DNA from: Bugula neritina
Taxonomy: Eukaryota > Animalia > Bryozoa
Direction of reading: 5' to 3'
DNA length: 64,000 bases
Assembly: GCA_964035545.1 (NCBI GenBank)
Contig: OZ037766.1
Location: forward strand, 29,638,640 to 29,702,639
Shown: positions 58,901 through 64,000 of the stretch, piece by piece
How positions within the stretch are numbered: the first letter of the stretch is position 1
How the letters are laid out: each line of letters begins with the position of its first letter
Program-made: the position numbers and the translations under genes
Notes under the pieces: generated by a model
Databases searched by the model: none
Told to the model about the DNA's origin: nothing
What the model saw: the letters and a program-made list of their open reading frames with translations, nothing else

Positions 58901-61681
58901 AGACGTCATGCACTACATCAAGTACAGTCTCACCATAAAGTAACGGGGTTAGGAAAGCTAGCTGAGATGTTGAGAGAAGAGACACGAAAAGCCATGGAGT
59001 CAGTTTCAAACAAGATAACTGAGTTATATGAATTGGAGAAGAAAGCTTGGGGTGATCTAGATGACATTGAGGTGAAGGTCAGCGAGATGGTCAAGGAAGT
59101 GGAAAAAATTACGGAACAGCAAGTGAGTTAAGCTCCTATGTATAAATGATGTAAAAGCACAAGATTTTTTCTAATTATATAGTAGCATAATATAGGTAAA
59201 GTATTATATCTGAGAACTTCTAATTTTTATGATTAACTGAAAAGTAGAACGCTGATTTTACATGCTTCAAGGTGAAGGTATCTAATATGTCAATATATAG
59301 TTTTTCTATGATGCTGCATCACTGTTTTATACTTTATAGTTTTTATACTCTTCCCTTATTTTGAATTATGGCTTAGCATAGTTGGTCTATATGACATAAA
59401 TAATTCTTTTGACACACACAATCATGTCGTGACAGGTGCTTAGCCTATGTGTCATCAGTAGATAGTTTTATTTTCACTTTATCTGCAGTCTATTATCAAC
59501 ATATGCTTATATTACATTCCACCTCCTTTGTAACGCATAAAAGCAAATTGAATTTGTTCAAAAAAAGAACCAATATTTTTGCAGCAATCATTAATATAAT
59601 GGAATATTTTATAGATTGCCACCATAAAGCTCAAGTCCAAACAAATCATTGCTGATATCAAAGAGTACTTAGAGAAAAGTACGACTGAAGTGGAAGAGTT
59701 CACATTTGCATTGGGGCAGCAAAAAGACGAACTAAAAGAACTGTGGGACACCACGAGCAGTTCTGTACTCCACAGCAGAGATGCGGAGTTGATAAAGAAA
59801 ACAAATGAAGACATCACGTCCTTAAACCAAGCTGTGCTTGCAACAGAGCCTCATTGCCTTCTGGTTGAAAAGAAGCTGTATTCTAGCAGTAAGATTAAAT
59901 TTCAGCGCATTAACTCTTTATATATAGGGTATAGGGTTTACACTTAGCTTTTATGTAAACAGGAATCAAAATTGGTTGTTTTATATATGTTTGATGCTTT
60001 GTATAGGCTGAACAAATTAGAGCTAAATAAAACCACCTGGATGTTGCCTAAATTTTTTTTCATTAATAAAGAATTTTCATGTGCACGCTGCATATATGCT
60101 TAAAATAACCACAATGCAAAAATTTACAACTGAAAACTATATGTTGCATCTGCAGTATATTATGCTAATTATTATAGTATAATACTACTATTTTAATGCT
60201 ACTTATTGTTGTTATCAATTTGCCAAAAGAAATTGAATAGAATTTAAATTTAGTTAAATCTTATAAATAAGTAATCATTGAATATCTGCTCATAATTTCA
60301 TTCAATAATATAATGTTGTACAGTTGCAAGACTCAAAGCTACACAGCTGTTTCTTATAAATTTTAGATTTGAGATGTGAATTGCCAAAACAATTTCTCAT
60401 CTCTGGCACTGAGATACCTCAACCCCGAAGCCTCACAAAACATGCTACGTCTGTATGTTGGACTAAGAACAGTAGTTTGCTGGTCTGCGGAGGGGGTCAA
60501 ATCACTTTATATGATCAAAATTTAGTGATGATCAAATCTCCATATAATATGACAGATATTTATTACTCTGCTGTTGATACACCAAATGGGTTCATTGCAA
60601 CACATGGTTCAAATAAAAAGATACGGGTAGATGAACTATCGAAAGGTTTAAAATTTCAAAATAGCTTGTGTCCAGACATCAATAGCAAATATTATCAATA
60701 TATGACTTGTGACAGTACAAATGACCGAATAGTGTTGCTAGACACTGATACTAAGCAACTTGGATTCTGCTCATATAACGGATCTGGTTATCAGACCCAC
60801 CCATCTAAGCTGGATTCACTAAGCCAACCTAAGCGATTACATGCCTTGCCTGACGGAACTCTCATAATCTCTGACCATGGAAATAATTCAGTGCACAAGT
60901 TTATAGTAGACAGCGACTCAATAACTCCCGTCTGGTCATGTGACAAGGTAGTCAAGCCACTCGGCATCACGTCTGCTGAGAACGGACACATCTATGTAGC
61001 CAGCCTGGATGGAGACATATATGAGTTGGCTGACAACGGTAAGCTTATATATATAACAAATGCTTAGAATTATTTTCTCCATATAATTTTGTTAATAAAA
61101 TAAGCTTAGCAAATTGACAACAAATCAAAAACAGCTCTAGAGGTTCCTCTACATTATTAAACAAATCACTTTGCACATCAATTATAATAATATATTTAAT
61201 CACAAAACCGTTCTATTAATTTCTGGAAGATATGAATATTTTTAAAGACTTTGAAATTAAAATGGTTTATTTATTTTATAATTTTTTAGATTTAAAATTT
61301 ATTTTTAAAATATTTATGAGCCTAGATAACTATATACTGTTTTTGTAAAATAAAAAAAATGTTATATATCAATGAGCTAACTGTTTCAGGAAATCTTTTT
61401 GATGTCGAAGTACTTTCAATCTACTAAAAGAATTTTCTCATAAAAGCTATTATATACCACATCGTAAATACATAGAAAATTAGGAAAATACTTTGTGAAA
61501 TCATTACTGAGAGACTTGATCAATTGAAATATGTTTTACAGGAGTAATACTGAGGCGCTTGACATGGCCTATAGACCAAGATATGAATTTCTATGACGTC
61601 TCGGTGTCTGGAGATCTAATAGCTGTGGCAGGTGGCTATGCTGGGCCTCTTATATTTACTATTCCAGGATATGATGAGTAA
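55937..61681 (+). CDS. TRIM-like E3 ligase copy F (635 aa); divergent C-terminal half
   Basis: Exons 55937-56124, 57432-57630, 57986-58172, 58875-59122, 59615-59888, 60367-61038, 61542-61681. Exon lengths 188/199/187/248/274/672 and phases match the other copies. Propeller motif SQPKRLHALPDGTLIISDHGNNSVHKF..KPLGITSAENGHIYVA. Confidence 0.88.
56108..57038 (+). repeat. 28-bp splice-donor minisatellite (about 33 units), intron 1 of TRIM F
   Basis: Tandem GTGAGTTTATTGAG(G/T)GTAT(C/A)ACTTGTGG. Confidence 0.97.
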
Positions 61682-63260
61682 ATATCATTCTATAAGATCT
61701 AAAACTTGAAAAATTGAGCTTTGACTTATATGTAAATGTAATCATCCATTAGATGCAGTAATTTTTTTTTGCATGCATTTCTTCAAATGAACATATGCTA
61801 TAGATTTTGTTTTCAGAATGGCTGTTGAGTCATATAGAAAACAAGATACAAATGTTTTCAAACGATATTTTAATTTCTATATGCTTGCAGATGATTAATT
61901 TGCACTTTAAATAGTTTCTAATTGGAGAGAAACAAATATTCTTCATTGTATTATCGTTAGTTGTAAGCTTATATAGAATTGGTTTTTCTTTGGCGGTTTA
62001 TAAAATTTCCTGCATAACACTTTGCTACTGCTCAGTCCTAACTAAAGCAGCTTTGAACATTGTTATAATAGCGAATTTTTTTGCTGTCAAAATTTATTAT
62101 ACTTTAATTGGCTTATAACAACATTTAATAATTTTTGTTAGCCTATATAACTTTTAATAGTATGCATGGTATACAAATTATTATTATTATAATATAAATA
62201 ATGGTAGTTTAATCATTAGCTCTTAAACTTTTACGTTCCAACTTTGTACTCCATAAAATTTTTTTGCTATCTGTATTAATTGTATATTAATTTATTAGGC
62301 TCTTTAAAAAGTTACTAATTCGGCCAAAATTGCATTTAGTTATAGTGCATGTGCATATTGTGGACACTATGCTTGAAAAATTTCTTTGCATTATCACTAA
62401 CATGCAATCTTGTACAGATAGCCTTACATTTAATGCATACATATAATTTTATTTTAATTTCTTATAAAAATAAGAGGAACATAATAAACTGAAGGAATAC
62501 AAGAAGTAGCTGCTTCATATAAAAATAGTTTATTGATTCATCTAATAATTGATTTATGTGTATACATCATAAAAAGCACAACTGAACTTTATAGAAAAAT
62601 ATTTTGATAGGAAAATACGCAAGTATAACATTATATAGGTTTATAAGTGTATGTAACAATATCATTATTTGATCGGCCAAATATGCTACTAATCTATTTG
62701 AAAATAAACTCATTGTATTATGTGCTAAAGATGCACATAATTTCATAATCAAATATATCAGTATATTATATTTCTCTATTTTCAGGTAAATAACAACCAA
62801 TATATATGATTTTTAATAGATAATAAAAAAATAAATTATATACCATATAGATATAATATAAAAAGAGTTTGCATGACAAACAAATAAAAACAATTGTTTA
62901 CCTTATACTGTGTCGTAGCAACACCACAAAGAGATAAAAGCAAATTATACAAATCCCGGCAATGTGTACATAGTGTTATGCTGGTATGTAAACAGTATGG
63001 CATATCTACGCATACACCTGCATTTTGATTTGTAATTAACAGGAACTGCAAATATGGACATGATTCAAACTGCTTGTGTGATATAGTTTGTAAAAATAAT
63101 TGCATGGTGTGAGCATAGTCAACATCAAAAACCAGGTTACACAATAATACTATAGCACATACTAGAGTCTTTTGATGTTCAACTAAAGTGAAAAAAGGAC
63201 AAGTTGCAAGTAGATATACCTGTGCAACATGTACCTGTGCAACAGCACTTTCCCGCAACG

Positions 63261-63410
63261 AATTGTTCTATAGGCAGCTCTAAGTTAGGGTTGATTAGGT
63301 ACAGTAGTTTGAGGTTCTCAAGTTTGGAGTTGCGTCCCCAACTCTCAACTTGACAAGCCTAAACTGCTGCACTCAGTCACCCCCAACTTAGAGCTGCTTA
63401 TAGAGCATTT
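63261..63410. mobile_element. About 150-bp fold-back element (MITE-like)
   Basis: TGTTCTATAGGCAGCTCTAAGTT..GGG and CCCCAACTTAGAGCTGCTTATAGAGCA form arms, with imperfect pairing along the whole length. No clear TSD identified. Confidence 0.55.
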
Positions 63411-63675
63411 CTATCACGACAGAATAATAGCCTAATATCCAATATAGTAATAATGATTTTAATTGGTAAAAGTGTAGCAGTTTAAGTATCACTGCTAATT
63501 GCGAGTATACAGTTGGAGAGTAGACAACTCTAAATTGACTTAAACCATAAAGTATGTTACAACAAGCCTCTAGGTATCCGAGGTAGAAAGGATGTGGTCT
63601 GAAAATGTAAGTGAATAAATTTAAAAGAATTTTTACTAATAACTAAATACCTAAAATAGTTTGGATTCATGCAGT

Positions 63676-64000
63676 TTAGTTAGCCTTCTTAACACCATTG
63701 TACGCCATATTGTTGTGGGCGCTGTTGCCATTGCAGTAACGACGGTGGTGGTCCAAACCAGATGTTTTACCCCTTTGAACAGAATGCATTTTCCGGATGT
63801 AGTAGAGAGTTACCAAAGCTTTTGTGAGAGCTGCAAGAGACACTAGCAGGGTACAGTTTGGTATCTCAATGAAGGTGTGGCCAGATTCATAGTCAGCCAT
63901 CAGCCCTTTAAGCTTGAAATACGTTCCGAGAGCTACGAATACATGGAATATCTGATGGCTGTGGAAGTATACATTGAAATATCCCGGAAATGCAAGTTCA
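63676..64000 (-). CDS. 3' end of a PAQR-family (membrane progestin receptor-like) gene, truncated by the window edge
   Basis: Extending the 63676-63900 ORF upstream gives ELAFPGYFNVYFHSHQIFHVFVALGTYFKLKGLMADY.., matching the PAQR signature PExxxPGxFdxxxHSHQxxH. An extra C-terminal hydrophobic segment (TLLVSLAALTKALVTLYYI) resembles class II PAQRs (PAQR5-9). Confidence 0.85.
   Translation of the reverse strand, partial: ELAFPGYFNVYFHSHQIFHVFVALGTYFKLKGLMADYESGHTFIEIPNCTLLVSLAALTKALVTLYYIRKMHSVQRGKTSGLDHHRRYCNGNSAHNNMAYNGVKKAN

Noticed and set aside
62836-63258. 140-aa minus-strand ORF
   Set aside because: Non-ATG start, composition typical of AT-rich non-coding DNA, no splice or motif support.

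Overview
AT-rich, intron-containing animal genomic DNA. It is probably an invertebrate, possibly a lophotrochozoan; that is inferred from gene families and cannot be proved here. All gene models were built by hand from GT-AG junctions and paralog comparison. Three blocks. (1) 0.4-12.7 kb: three paralogous six-exon, TATA-driven genes (-,+,-) encoding 176-184 aa mini-collagens. Each has an N-terminal signal anchor, a short coiled-coil-like spacer, an REKR furin site, a CxC motif and one Lys-rich run of 25-26 Gly-X-Y triplets with no C-terminal globular domain. Copy 3 has ATG changed to ATA; copy 2 has relocated its stop codon. (2) 16.2-61.7 kb: a tandem array of six seven-exon TRIM-type genes (RING, B-box1, atypical B-box2, coiled coil, NHL-like beta-propeller; about 630 aa). 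Copy A carries a nonsense codon, and the copies are recombinational mosaics with diversity concentrated in the propeller. kappaB-like motifs lie upstream. Intron 1 begins with a 28-bp minisatellite made of tandem copies of the exon-1 splice donor itself (about 4 to 33 donors per gene). (3) The last 325 bp: the 3' end of a PAQR / membrane progestin receptor-like gene on the minus strand. Also present: two copies of a TA-flanked non-autonomous DNA transposon, several satellites and long palindromes. No rRNA, tRNA or CRISPR features were seen.
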